Shown here piece by piece: positions 1 through 13,440 of a stretch of DNA of 64,000 bases. The position numbers and the translations under genes are program-made. Origin of the DNA: Octopus sinensis (taxonomy: Eukaryota); the NCBI RefSeq assembly GCF_006345805.1, contig NC_043000.1, positions 159,960,001 to 160,024,000 on the forward strand, given 5' to 3'. Under the pieces are notes generated by a model, which was not told the DNA's origin, did not search any database, and saw only the letters and a list, made by a program, of their open reading frames with translations. The number at the start of each line of letters is the position of its first letter. Position 1 is the stretch's first letter.

Positions 1-374
1 TATATGTATGTATGTATATATATAATTATTTAAATATACTTATATCATGTATGCCCATCTGCATATGTATCATATGAATGTAGTTATATATTATATACAA
101 TATAAATGTACTTAAATATACAAAACAATTCTTTTGTTGTTGCTCTTTTTAGTTTTACTTAAATTTATTAAACACAATTCTTCCGCAGTTTTGTATCTCT
201 CATAATACACTGAAGTTATTAACATAAAGTAGGATGCAAATAAGTGGTTTCTGATGAAGATAATCTATGATGTTAACTGCACAGAATTCTATGTGAAGCA
301 AAATCTTAGCAATGTCTTAATCGTATGTCATTGTGCCACTTTTGTCGGTGTTTTTCTTGTTTAAATACTGGTAT

Positions 375-557
375 TTTTAAAATTTATTCATTTATTTATT
401 TTTTGTTCTTCTTTTTCCCTTTTACGATCCCTTTTGATCGAAAACCTACGCCACCTTTTTTCTTCTTTTGTTTTTTGTTTTTTCATCCCCCAAAAGAAAA
501 GCTCTACCTTGTAACTTGTCCCATCTGTGTGCAGCCCTGTGTGGCCAATAAAGAAAC
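375..557 (+). mobile_element. 5'-truncated Tx1-like LINE 3'UTR stub with 14-bp target-site duplication
   Basis: Matches the 3' termini at ~17230-17386 and ~23570-23708 (cgatc..gatcg hairpin, ccccaaaagaaaagctctacc, gcagccctgtgtggccaataaagaaa). Flanked by identical ttaaatactggtat at 361-374 and 558-571. Confidence 0.9.
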
Positions 558-619
558 TTAAATACTGGTATATAGTAAGTAAAAGATCTCGATGTAATTT
601 CTATGTTTTTTTTAAATAC

Positions 620-1200
620 TAACCAATATTTTCAGCTTGGTAGCAAAACTTACATGCATCACTTTAACAGTTTTTGTCCTATGCAGATCATTGGGCGGTT
701 TTTAAAATATCCGTTTTACATTTTTTGCTTTATCACATAAATATTTCCTACTCATAAAATTAGTTCCGCATCACTAACTCTGGAAAATGAGTCTTCATTG
801 TCTGCAAACGTTTTCAGTGGTAACAGCAGACTTTTACCAACGCCTCTACCCTTCAAGTTGGACACCAACGTCCAAGGTTCCTACGCTTCACGCATTTTGC
901 CATACCAATGGCTTCCACAATCTTCTGTAATGTACAGACCAGTTGTGCATGAAGTCTACGCGTTGTGACATCTGTATGGAGGAAAAAAATATGTCCTCTT
1001 GTTAACGATTCGGCTCAGTTGGTTTTCTTCAATGCTGTTTTCGCCGTCTTCAAACATTTTCATTCACCTGTAAACATTGCCCTTGTCAATGGTGTCATCT
1101 CTGTAAACAAATTGTAACCTCCTATAAGGGTTTTAAGTAATTCAATGATAAAGTACGAGCCTGCTTCACCATTTCTCATTACACCATATTGTAATTGGAT
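620..1200 (-). pseudogene. Decayed mariner transposase relic
   Basis: Manual minus-strand translation gives VYRDDTIDKGNVYR*MKMFEDGENSIEEN (mariner HTH-like, cf. VYG...V.RWF.RF..G..S.ED) and IGMAKCVKRRNLGRWCP (cf. the WVPHEL linker). Many stops and frameshifts; boundaries approximate. Confidence 0.6.
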
Positions 1201-2274
1201 TTCGGTATTCATAACCGATGTGTTACATTTTTACTGCTGTTAAAGTTATTTTTATTGCATGAGGGATATTTTGGTACTACTCTGTTATGCAATTGCCATG
1301 ATATGAAAAAACACTTGTGTATTAATTATTGGATATTCTACCAGCAGTATAGTGGATAGATATTATCTCTCAGTAGGTTGGATTCACAATCTCTAACTCT
1401 CTTGGAGTTATATATATATATTTCGATGGGTGAATGAATTAACGTTTTGTTTATCATGTAGGCAGTCATCGTAATTATTATTTTGTCTTGTTGTTGAGAG
1501 AGGCTCCCTTTCTTTCCTGATGAGAAGATTGCATCTTACACCGTTTATTCCTTTGAATAAACCATGTTGTCTTCGAAACATATGTCGAAAGTAAAGGAAT
1601 TTTATTAAATCTTCGATCAACTCGATTTATATATATATATATATACTTCGTTTTTGTACTTGATTTGCAAGATCCTGGAAGGGAGTTCATGTGTTGAAAC
1701 AATGCTTCTGTTTTGGGAAGGGTATTACACCAATAATAATAACACACGCATTGGTTCATTTCATTTCCTCTTCTAAAGTGTAAGTCAGTTGGTTAAACAT
1801 CTACCCAACTAAATAATTGATCATTTGTTAAATATGCTGGTTAGAAAATTATTCTGTTGTTTGTTGGCCAAAGTTCTTTCGTGGCTAATCACGATCTCTT
1901 CAATGACATGTTTTCTGTCTTCAAGGTCTACTCTGGGTCCGCGTGAGAATTAGTCATATATCTGAGTGTGTGTAGATGTCTGTTTGTTTCCAGGATAGAG
2001 TATGAGAGGGAGTAAACAAAAGTTTACTCTGTGTGTGTGCGTGTGTGTGCGCGTGTATATAGCTGTGTGTAAACAATTCTGCTACTGCCTGTATGTGTGT
2101 GTGAGTACTTGTGAGTGTGTGTGCATTAACTATGAGTGACCTCAATAAGAGTTGAGCCTTTGCTTTTGAAGGTCAGTTCGGTCTCAGATCTGCTGGGATT
2201 AGCTTATCATGATTTTAAATATTTATCGGTTATAGTTCCTTATGTGAGGACGAGGGAGGGGAGAAGAGAGTTGG

Positions 2275-2870
2275 TATGTGAGCATCTGCCTGTGTGCATG
2301 TGTGTGAGATGAGGGTGTGTGGTGTGAGTGTGCGTGTGTGCATGAGTGTGTGTGGTCTAGTGTGCGTGTTTTTGTGGTTGCGTCGTTTCCGTTTGTGAGT
2401 GTTTATGTTTATATTAGTGTGTGTAAATGTGCGGGTGTTTGCTTATGTGAATGCATTCCAGTAGGTGTGTGGGCGTACATGCGTCTCCATGTGGTGTGGC
2501 GTTTATTTGAATAAATATGTGTCTGTGTGTATGTCTGTGTACGTGCATTCCTATTGTATGTGTATGTGTTCCTGCGTACATGTGTGCGTGTGCGCATGTG
2601 TGTACGTGCGCATTTGTGCGCGTGCGCATGTACATATGTGTGTGCGTGTATACGTGTGTATATATGGTGTTTGTGTGCGTGGATGTGAATGCGGTTATGC
2701 GTTCGTGTTTGTGCGTGTGTGTGTGTGTGCATGCCCGTGCGCGTTTGCGGTTGTGTGGTTCTGTATTGGAATTATTCCTCACTACATGCATTAATTTCTA
2801 TGGATTTCCTTGTATCCTGCCATCATCCTAATCCTATCTTATCTGTAACTTCCCATGCACGCACATGTGT
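2275..2870. repeat. Degenerate (GT)n/(GC)n low-complexity tract
   Basis: Interrupted GT dinucleotide repeats. They explain the overlapping Cys/Val/His/Thr-rich ORFs at 2317-2874. Confidence 0.95.
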
Positions 2871-2904
2871 GTGATTTTACATGTATATATATATATATAT
2901 ATAG

Positions 2905-3232
2905 GTTTCTAATTTTTACACCAGGCCAGCCACTTAGAGAAAGGTGCTAAATCGATTAAATCGATTCCAGTGATCAACTGATACATATTTTATCGACCCC
3001 AAAAGGATGAAAAGCAGCTGACCTGGGCGGAATTTGAACTCAACGTAAGGACGGACGAAATGCCGGTAAGCATTTCGCCTGGCGTGCTGACGATTATGCA
3101 AGTTCCCTACCTTCATGTATTTATATATTGGTTTCTAATTTTGACACAAGGCCAGCAGGTTGAGGGAGGTTGTGGGTAAGACGATTACATCGTCCTCAGT
3201 ACTTAGCTGGTACTTATTTTATCAACCCTGTA
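2905..3232 (-). mobile_element. Two tandem degenerate copies of a tRNA-derived SINE (family A; second copy partial)
   Basis: ttatcgaccccaaaaggatgaaa..gacctgggcggaatttgaactc..gacgaaatgcc matches the reverse complement of the intact copy at 45489-45720. Confidence 0.8.
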
Positions 3233-6059
3233 TCTATGTATATATTTTCAACATGAATACGTTGCAGTTTTATTTTGTTTGAATTAAAGAATTTTCTTAT
3301 TTCTCTATCAATTTTTTGTCCTTTGCTTGGAAGTATAATGTTCCTAGATCCATAAACAACGTTTCTAGACTTCCACAGTTGCATCATGAGGATATGAGAT
3401 ACATTTCACTTCTGTGTTTCGTTTGTAGATTTTACCTCTAACAAAAATGCTTCAGCTCTTAGCTTTACACGTCAGCAGTCACAAGTTAATTTTTAAATGT
3501 CTGAGCTTGTGTGTTTATTTTAGCTTTGTATTGCAACATGAGAATGGTTTCCATGCTTAGTCATCTAATTTGTGAGGAATTTAATATAAATCTATAAAAA
3601 ATCTTCTGATGGCCTGATAGCGCCTTTCATTTGTGTATGTTTTTTGATAATGCTATTTGTTTGGCGACTAAATGAATAAGTATATTTATTTGAGATATTA
3701 TGTGTGTAGAAAGGATTAGTTTTCTTATGCGTTTTTATCATATCTTGTATATATATATATATATATATACTGGGATGAATTCTTCAATACGTTGAAAGTA
3801 AGGAAACCTTATTTGTGCAATTATTGTAGTAATTAATTTGTTTAACTATAACATACAATTGATTTACTTATCATTGATTTTTGTTTCTTAATCTTTGTAA
3901 ATTTAGTTTTATCTCCGAATAACTTATATTTTTTGTATATATCGTATGTGTGTGTGTGTGTGTGTGTATGTGTACACATATGCAAAAATTCGTAATGCAA
4001 ATCATCAAAGATCAAGTAAGACAGCGCAAATCAATTATAACTTTAGTAATACAAATTAATTACTGCGATAAATGCAAAAATAAGATTCACTTGCTTTGCA
4101 GTTATCCAAGGAGAAATCTTCCCAGTGCATATCCTAGTATATACTTATGCATGTATGTTTACACGCTTTACACACACAAATACACACATAATATATATAC
4201 ATATATACAGTCATAGATAGAGGAGTATGATTACGTGTATTTACATATGAAAGCATGTCTATGAGTGTATCTCAATTTGAATTCGTTACTTTTGTCTGTG
4301 TATGACTGTGCATTTTACATGTGTATATAGATGTATGTGTGAATGTGCCTGAGAGTAACAATAGAGATATTGTTTTCTCAGACTGTCCTGCATTTTAACA
4401 TTAAAATATTCAGAGTACGCTGGTGCTGTTGTGGACGTGCTGGTGTTTCTTAATGGCATAAGTCTTGGTGTTGAGAACTATACTATGCACTTACATTGAC
4501 GTTGGTGGTGACTATGATGGCAGTGGTAGTAGCAATGTTGTGTGGTGGTATTGGTGTTTGTGTTTATTTGCAGGTATAATGGTGTTGGTGTAGATAACAA
4601 AGTTCACTGTAATTCTATTCTTGTTATAATTTAGCAATAAATTAAACTTGATCCTGCAGCACTCGAAAATTTCGTTCAAGCTGTAAACATCTTTTATTTC
4701 AGATGTAGTGTATCTAGGATTATACACTCCAATGTGTCCTTCCTTTTATGTAAATAATAATGTTGGCATTTGTAGTGTTGATGCTAGTGATGGTGGTTGT
4801 GGTATTTGTGGAGGTATGTAACTACGTTCGTATGAATCTTCGAGAATTAATGTGTATGTGTCTGAGTGGGTGCGTGTGTTTGTTTCATGTTAGTGCACGG
4901 AACTATTTATCCACAAGGGAGCGTGTGTATAAATCGTTCCACACCCGTGTATTTCATTACAATGGACATAGAACAGGAAAACTGAACCAATAACTATATA
5001 AACTAACCATCACAAACTGACAAACGCGCATGAACTTATGCTGCTTAATATGCTGAAAATAGCAGCAAACTGTCCATCATATACGCCTACCGCTATTGCT
5101 GTTAGTAACTTTTTTTTTTGTCTTTTAGTCAGGAGGGAAGGCAGAACTCATGACACCTGACAAGGCACCCAAGATTATAGGGTAGGAGGCAGTTTTGAAA
5201 CAAGTGTCCTGACTCGAATACTTGCAGCAGAGTGGGCTCCGTTAAACCCACAGAAACTGCTAAATGGTGGCGTTAAACTTGGTGATGTGTCAAATCTACC
5301 ACCTGTGTAAGCCATGGCGAGATTTATACTCAGAGTGCTAAGACTCGGAACAAACACCTTAAGATATCCGTTTCGATGTTTCCAAAGTGCGGCAACGCCT
5401 CCGTGCCCGGATTTGCCTTTGGTTCATTAACATTGAAAGGATAAAAGTCAAAGGTGATTTGGATGGCATTTGAACTCTCAACACTGAAAGACTGAACAAA
5501 ACGCGTGATGCGTTGAATCCAACTTTAACGACCCTGCTATTTTCCGATTATTACTTCTTCCAATACCAATATGAACCAATGACTTTTAACGACAAGTCTT
5601 GTCAATCACGGCTGACCTTGGGCTCGAACAACAATAATAATTAAACAGTTAATGATTACATTAGTACTGAAATTCTTAATATAGGCGGCATTACAAATAT
5701 AATTAAAATAATTATGACGGGAAGAATAAACGATATTTTCAAATGACTATTCGGCAAAAATGGGAGACAACTGAGGATAGCACTCTGGTAAAATTTACCG
5801 TATTTGTCGATATAAAGATGAAAGAAATGAAAGAAATCTTGTGCCCTAGGCGCATCTGTTGCTGACTGCCATCTTTGTAAGTCGTGTGGAAGACGCAAGA
5901 ATTGTATTATCAAAATTTCTAGTATGGAAGAAATGTGTGTAGGTTTATCAAATATCTTGAAATAACACTAGGTTTTAATTTTTTGCTTCTTGCAACTTCT
6001 TTCAATGGAATTAAGAACCATCACGCTTTAGCATTCTTATTCCCCTAAAGAAATTCAGA

Positions 6060-6148
6060 TGGCTGTCTTTCTGTCTGTATTTCTGTCTGTCCGTTTGTCT
6101 AATTGTTTGTCTGTCTGTCAGGTTGCCTCTCTCTCTCTTTCCTTTATG

Positions 6149-6187
<39 letters not shown>

Positions 6188-6714
6188 GTCCCTTATACAA
6201 TGTCTTTCTTTCCCCGCGTCTTTCTGTATTTGTTTCTAAATTTGTTTCTTTTACTCTGAATTTCTTTCGAATGTTTCGTCTTTTTCCCCCATTCTTTTCG
6301 TCTATCAATTCGTTTATTCGCTCATTCCAATTATCTTGTCATCTCTTCTTAGATACGTTATACATACATATATACATACATACACACATACATACGTACA
6401 CACATACATTCATGCATACATGCATACATACATACATACATACATACTTACACACACAGAACCAACAGATGTGATTCAGGGAATCTCGGTATAGAAAACA
6501 CTAAATGATTTGAGCTTACTCAACGTTATCTTTACCGAGGACAAAATCTTTTTATATGTATACTGGTACATGTATATATTTTATACATTAAAGGTCTTTA
6601 TCTGTTCATTTGAATTATTGTCACGCACACACACACACATATGCATGTATGTATGTGTGTATGTATATGTGTGTGTGTGTGTGTATGCATATATATATAC
6701 ATATATATGTATGC

Positions 6715-6746
<32 letters not shown>

Positions 6747-6900
6747 ATGTGTGTGTGTTTGCATGTATATACATACACACATATGTATACATATACAAAT
6801 ATATATATAAATGCGTATGTATATATATATATATAAACATATACACAAACGCGCGCGCACACACACACATATATGTATATATGTATGTATGTATGTATAT
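6060..6900. repeat. Compound microsatellite cluster (CT)n, (CATA)n, (AT)n, (GT)n
   Basis: Direct reading of the sequence. Confidence 0.95.
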
Positions 6901-7459
6901 ATACCACGACTGTAATGCTATACAGCCAATATGCTTTGGTCTCCGGCTGTCCTAAAAATATGACCATAAGTCTGTTTTCCTTTGAAGTGGAACGGTAACA
7001 GACGCAAATAATTGTTCAAGGTTACCATTTTATGATATTATTATTTTATAACATTCGCTTATTTCCCCTAAAGTTGAGATAATTCTTAAGTTAAATATGG
7101 AATGAATAACGGGTTTCCTTATCTTGTATTCTCACAGCAATCAAATTTTATATATATTTTTTCTCACATTTCTTCTCATGTTGTGTTTTCGTGTTTTTGT
7201 TAATGGAAAGCTAAAATGACATAATGGATTTGATGTAAAACAAGGAAAAACTTAAAATAATCTAACAGTGCTCTGGACCTTACTTACCTGGAAATACTAA
7301 TGTGTACAACTATAGGTGGATCTATTTAACTCAAATCAATATTGTGTATAATATATGTAAAGTTTTGCAATTACTCGCTGATAATGATGGACCGAAACAA
7401 TCGTAGTGCTTTGTAATAAAGCCTGTCCATTCAATGTTCTCGTATCAAAATCCTCATAG

Positions 7460-7564
7460 ATATATATATATATATATTATATATATACATACACACACGC
7501 ACCAAAATATACACATACGCATGCATACATACTCACATATATATGTATATACAGATGTATATAT

Positions 7565-7607
<43 letters not shown>

Positions 7608-7797
7608 TTGTGTCTTTGATCCTGTGTTTGTCGCGCCACCACGACATGACAACCGCTGTTGGTGTGTTTACGTCTCTGTTCGGCAAGAAGCCATTAACAA
7701 GTACCAGGCTTAAAATGTCATGGGATCGATTCGTTCGATTAAAGAATTTCTTGGTAGTGCCCCAGCATGGGTGTAGTCAAATTAACGAAACAAAGGA

Positions 7798-7851
<54 letters not shown>

Positions 7852-7926
7852 TATATTATATAATATATATATATATATAAATACATATATATATATACTA
7901 TATACATATATATATATATATACATT

Positions 7927-7958
<32 letters not shown>

Positions 7959-8090
7959 TATATACACACACACAAACACACACACACACGCATGCACGTG
8001 CATGTTTGGTGCGTCCGCACGCGTATATATGTATGTTCATACTATGGGTGTGAAGTGAGAATGCGTGGGTGCGAGTGTGTATATATAGTG
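7460..8090. repeat. (AT)n/(CA)n cluster with an embedded SINE family B 3' remnant (~7600-7800)
   Basis: 7650-7800 resembles the 3' half of the SINE at 38321-38722 (gtttacgtc, ttcggcaa, aagtaccaggctt, ccagcatgg..gtcaaa). Confidence 0.8.
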
Positions 8091-8602
8091 TAACGTAGAC
8101 CAACGTTCAGTAGTACCAGCGCCGTCAATTATCTGCTAAGATATCAACACCTAGCAGCCAACTAGTCTTTGTTTTCACCCATCTCAGTTAATCATCATGA
8201 CAGCTATTCTTTCCACCTAAAGACAGCGGCTATTCCCTCCTATCTCCCCCTCATTCTTCCTCCTCTCCTTTTCTCCATTCTTATCAACTCTTTGCGAATC
8301 CCAATCCGACAGATTTCACCTCATCCTTCCCGTCCTTACTTTATGTCCGTTTTATTTCTTCAAACAATTTTTCCTTCTGTTTTTTTTTTCGATTCATTTC
8401 AACTTACATCTAGTGTGAGTTAAGTTGGTAATTCCAATCGACAATGTAACCTTCATTTAATTTTGGCATTTTCGGCCTGATGACTAGCTAAGTTGCTTTG
8501 ATTATTTATTGCATAAAAATATCGGTTACCAAAGAAACATACGTAGCCTGCAAACTTCCTACACTTGGATCCCTAGGTCTTATCCTGGTACATCGACATT
8601 TA

Positions 8603-9566
8603 CCGTAAATCCTCGAGTATAGTCCACCCTTGAATATAATACGCAGGGGATTTTTAGGGGGCTCTACCTCTCAAAAGCCTAAACCTTGTGTATAATACGC
8701 ACCCCTTCTCTAACTTGAGTCAAGGAGGTCTATATAACGCCTTTGGTTTGTAAAAATTTATACGTTAACGTCCTTTATTGTTATTGTATATATAACATAA
8801 TGCAAACGTGTAGCTTTTTTGTGCATTTTGTTTGCAGAAAATAAAGAAATAACAGTAATAACGTCAGTGAAAAATAAATATTAAGTAAATTGCCCTTACA
8901 TATTTATCAATATCAGTTACAAAAGCAAAAATATTTATTCAAATCCTTCAACTTCAACGTCGCATTCAGCATCAAATAACTGTTCCGTTTGTTCCTCTGT
9001 AAACATGTCAGCATCATTGCAGTGTAAATCTCCGTCATCGTCATATTCATAGTCAACATCAGAAGATTCTCTTTCATTTATTTCATCTTTCTATACAACG
9101 TCATCCTGAGTACCAATAATAACAGCAGGATGAACTATTTAGCACTAAACTATTATGCACAATTCGTGCGTAATTAAGCCAGCAGCACCTAGTCGAACAA
9201 ACAGTTCTGCGCATGCGTAGTACAATAATGGTGATGTTCTTAACTGTTATATGGGAATGTAACTATGTTTGCAAATTGTTTTTCTTACGTTATTCTGTGT
9301 TCTGAATACTTTTATTTTAATAAATGTTGCTTACTGCAAGTTATGGATTATCCTTTTGTGACATCATTGCTTTCAGGCTTAGCTTAAGGTATTTTCGCGC
9401 CCGACATCACAAAATGCGTCAGAATAAACATTGCCGGCCAGCAAATAGAGATTCGGGCATTGCTTAGAAAATATTTTTCATTTTAACCTCGTATATAGTA
9501 TGCACTAGGGATTTTGACCTTTAAAGTTTTGGGAAGAAAATGCGGATTATACTCGAGGATTTACGG
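8603..9566 (-). mobile_element. Non-autonomous Tc2/pogo-type DNA transposon with TIRs and TA duplication
   Basis: TIRs ccgtaaatcctcgagtatagtccac (8603-8627) and gcggattatactcgaggatttacgg (9542-9566), 2 mismatches in 25 bp. TA on both sides (8601-8602, 9567-9568). The internal minus strand encodes an acidic transposase-tail remnant GTQDDVV*...LFDAECDVEVEGF. Confidence 0.88.
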
Positions 9567-10799
9567 TATAGATGCACAAACACACACGTGCGCATGCATC
9601 CAATCACACACACTCGCGCACACACACTCATTCTCACAGACATATAATACATGCTCCTGCTCATTAGTTTTTTAAACTAATTTCACACGGGAGACACTGG
9701 TCAAATGTAGGGTATGACTGAATAATCATGACGAATATGCTGGCTGTATCGTGGGAAAAAAGGACATCATTCTTTAACTGTAAATAACGTTTTATAGAAT
9801 ATGCTTAGTTTATCAATTCTCTACATGTTTAAAAGGTGAAGCTTAGCACGAAGCAACCTGGCCGTCCAAGAGTTGCTAGATTGATGAGAATTATGCTCAG
9901 GTTGAACGTGTGTGCAGTGCGATTCTTACAGAAACATAAATAAATAAATGGACAAACGAATCTTGAAGCAAATACGGCATGGATATGGAAAATGTATAAT
10001 CTTGTGAATCGGTGATTTTTCTGAAAACTACACGATTTTTCATAAGAGCAGATACATTTCCAGTGGCGAATTATGAATCAGCGATAAAAATAATATTGAA
10101 ATATAAAGTAGTTGTTATAATATGATGAATAAATCATTAATCGGTTGAATCGCTCCTTTATATTTCTACTAAAGTTATGTTTGTAGCAAAAGCCCTGGCC
10201 GGGGGTTCCAGCAGCAGCAGTCCAGTCTGAATCATCTGTTAGCTTGTATATATTAAGCAACTTATCAGCAATGACGTATCATTTGGCACCAAACTGGAAG
10301 CTTAAAGCAATACTCTGTAGATTAGAATGTATGCCGTTCATGTTATCGCAAGTTACACGCAAGAACAAGTCTTTATGTCTCACTCTGTCTCTCTCTCTCT
10401 CTCCCGCTCTCTCACACACAGACATACACACATGCATACAAATATACGTATATGTGTGTATTCATATTGTGTTTTATTCTGTTACTTTATTCAGTGATTC
10501 AGCTGCGGCCAGGACCCGGCGTTGAAGCGAGTTAATCGATAAGAGCTACGCCAGTACATAATTAAACATGGTACTCTTTCTGTAGTTTTTTTTTGTTAGA
10601 ATGATACAAAAACATAAACGCACAGCTACATACGTACATGCATACATAAGTACATGCATGCATACATTCATACATGATGCTCGTCCACTCGTTCACTTTT
10701 GTACTCTAGGACTAACTTATATTTTGCATACACAACTGCAAGCATTGTAAACAAAGTTTTCCCCATTCACTATGCTAGCAGTGCGTTTCGAGCAGCACG

Positions 10800-11570
10800 C
10801 TTAAATTCTTCATGAAGAAGATGTGCTGTTTCAAAGGTGTCGAGCTCCTCCTTAACCTGGCTCCTCCATCTGTGGAAATGACAGGCGTTGCTCTCCCAGT
10901 CAGTTTCCTGCATACCATAGGACTTCAATTAAGACTTGAAACAATCCTTGAATCTCAGCCTTGGTTTCTGCAGGGGTGTTTTTCCACTAACAAGTTCCCC
11001 ATATAGCATCTGTTTAGGGATCCTGCTTCCTTCATTCTAATAAGGTGTCCAGTTCAACGTAACCGGTCCTTGTGCCCCACCATCTCAATACCCAAGATAT
11101 CAGCTTTCCTCAAGATCTGTGTGTCTAGAGTTTTCAAGGTCCAGCTAACATTCAGAATTCGTCTCAGACATCTCTGATGGAAGCGTCCAAGGACCTTTAC
11201 ATGACGCCTCTAAAGGGTCCATGTCTCACAAGAGTAAAGGAATGATGCCAATACACATGCACGGCACATCTTATGACGCCATGCTGAGACAAGAAACGAG
11301 GATCAAGAGACCGGAAGGAATCAGTTGCTCTCTGCAGCCTGAAAGATATTTGATCATCCGGTGAGCAAGAACAGCTGAGTATTCTGCCCAGGAAGACAAA
11401 CGTATCTACCACTTTCAGTATTTTCCCTTCAACCAAGATAGCTAGTTCCACATGGATTTCCTGGTGCAGGTTGGAACATTACAGTTGTCTTGTCCAGGAT
11501 AATGCTATGTCCAAATGCCTTGCAAGAAGCAGAAATACGATTCGTAAGCATTTCCATGTCCTCCACTGTA
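10800..11570 (-). pseudogene. RTE (BovB-like) LINE 3' fragment, post-RT region
   Basis: Minus-strand peptides KVVDTFVFLGRILS..DDQISFRLQRATDSF, FHQRCLRRILNVSW, IPKQMLYGELVSGK..RFKD and WESNAC..WR match the RTE-clade C-terminal motifs. Frameshifted. Confidence 0.9.
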
Positions 11571-11574
11571 TGAG

Positions 11575-11720
11575 TGACTAAGTCATACAGTAGTCACCCA
11601 TACAGTCACTTACAGTGACATACAGTAGTCACTCAGAGGGTGACATACAGTGACATACAGTGACATACAGTGACATACAGTGACATACAGTGACATTAGG
11701 TAGTCACTCATACAGTGACG
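11575..11720. repeat. 10-bp minisatellite (TGACATACAG)n
   Basis: Five perfect tandem units at 11641-11690 plus variant units on either side, abutting the truncated end of the RTE fragment. Confidence 0.92.
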
Positions 11721-11972
11721 TACATACATACATACATTAATGCATATGTGCAGGCATTTATTTATTATGTAGATATATGTATTTAAGTGTATATGTATTT
11801 GTATATAAGTGAGCCCATTTTCCATCGACAGGTATGGATTCACCTGGTAATATGACGGAAAATGCTTTTCAAAAGTAGAAGCGAATTTCTTACCCAAACA
11901 GTCGATTTTAAACTAAAACATACATGCATACATACATACATACATACATACATACATACATACATACATACA

Positions 11973-12006
<34 letters not shown>

Positions 12007-12188
12007 CTCATGCTACATTTAAAGCATTGTCGTTTTTGTGTGTGTAGAACATTATTTGTTGTTATTGTTAGGTGCAGGAGACTCGAGGTATTAAAGTGGT
12101 TAGGTATAATTTACCTTTTACTAATGTTACTCCTTTTACTTGTACTATTCACTTTATTAGTGCTATAAATGCAATCATATATTCTGTA

Positions 12189-12238
<50 letters not shown>

Positions 12239-12286
12239 CATCCATATTTTCCAACCCATACCAGCATGAGAATCAAGCATTGGACA

Positions 12287-12321
<35 letters not shown>

Positions 12322-13022
12322 AATAAGTCCGGGCAATTATTTTGAAAAATAGCTATCATTATTCCTCATCAAAACAGCCCCCGCCTTCGAGTAACTACCT
12401 GGTCTTGTCATTTATACAGACCAAGAATCAACTTGTCATCTTCTATTGAAACAACTGACCAACACTATAGATATAAACACGTTTTTTCTTCTTTCTTTCT
12501 TCCTTTCTTTCTTTCCTTCTCCTTTCCATTGACATTAAAAAAAAACACATTTTTTCACCAAGAAAACATTTTTCTTTCAGACTCCCAAGTGAGCTGGCTG
12601 AACCAAAGTAAGCATCTGTTCTAGCCACCTACTTAAAATATATATTCTTTTCCTTTTCTCTTTGTCTGTTGTTCAAAACGCTTCCTTTCAGATACACAGG
12701 CACACACACAATCCACACACTCTCTCTCACTTTCTCCCTCCACTATCTCCCCATTCCTCTCCCTCTTTTCCTACTCTACACACTCCACATTACTCTTTTC
12801 CCCCCTCCCCCAACCCATTCACTAATACTGCAAAAAGTGACAAATCCCTTCACAAAATTTAAATCTGAAGAATCAATTAGAGTAGATGAAAGCGATTATA
12901 TGAGATTTGTAAAAACATGTGACATGTTAATAAATATTTGTATATGTACAACCATCCAAATATCTGAATACCTTATTTTTTCTAATATATATTATCGGTA
13001 CATCACCTCCAAACATTCTATG

Positions 13023-13053
<31 letters not shown>

Positions 13054-13214
13054 TGTATGTATGTATGTGTGTGAGTGCGTGCATATGTGTATATGTGTGC
13101 AATTGTAACCTCATTAACACACAAGCACACGCATATACATATACATAGACGTATGTAATTAGACATGTATTATCATTCTTTTAATGAGTTTTCTTTCCCA
13201 GTAAGAATAGCCTA

Positions 13215-13440
13215 TCAAATTAGAACTGTACGGAAAGTTTCCCGCATATCAGATTCCATTTGGGAACTAAGGATTCGCTCCCTGGATGCTGCAGGAAAAA
13301 TAAGGGAGAAGCAGTGGAATCACACTGGTCATGCAGCAAAAACATAAGTCGAACTTTTAATAGATGATAGCACATAACAGCGACAAAAAAAAAGGACAGG
13401 ATGTTAGAGACATGCAAAACGAACTGAGAATGAAAATGCT
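13215..13440 (+). pseudogene. Highly decayed RTE/RTEX LINE 3' relic
   Basis: Frameshifted translation ELYGKFP/RISDSIWELRIR...KQWNHTGHAAKT*VELLIDD resembles the RTEX C-terminus ELYG.LP..S..IR.RRLR...W.P..G....P.KTY...L..D. Confidence 0.5.

Noticed and set aside
1380-1960. Possible very old LINE endonuclease or PLE relic on the minus strand
   Set aside because: No unambiguous motif was recovered by hand translation.
2317-2874. Overlapping 60-125 aa ORFs rich in C/V/H/T; similar ORFs at 6.5-8.1, 31, 33, 36-38, 43 and 53 kb
   Set aside because: They are translations of (GT)n, (AT)n, (CATA)n and (AAT)n microsatellites, which lack stop codons in some frames. No domain content.
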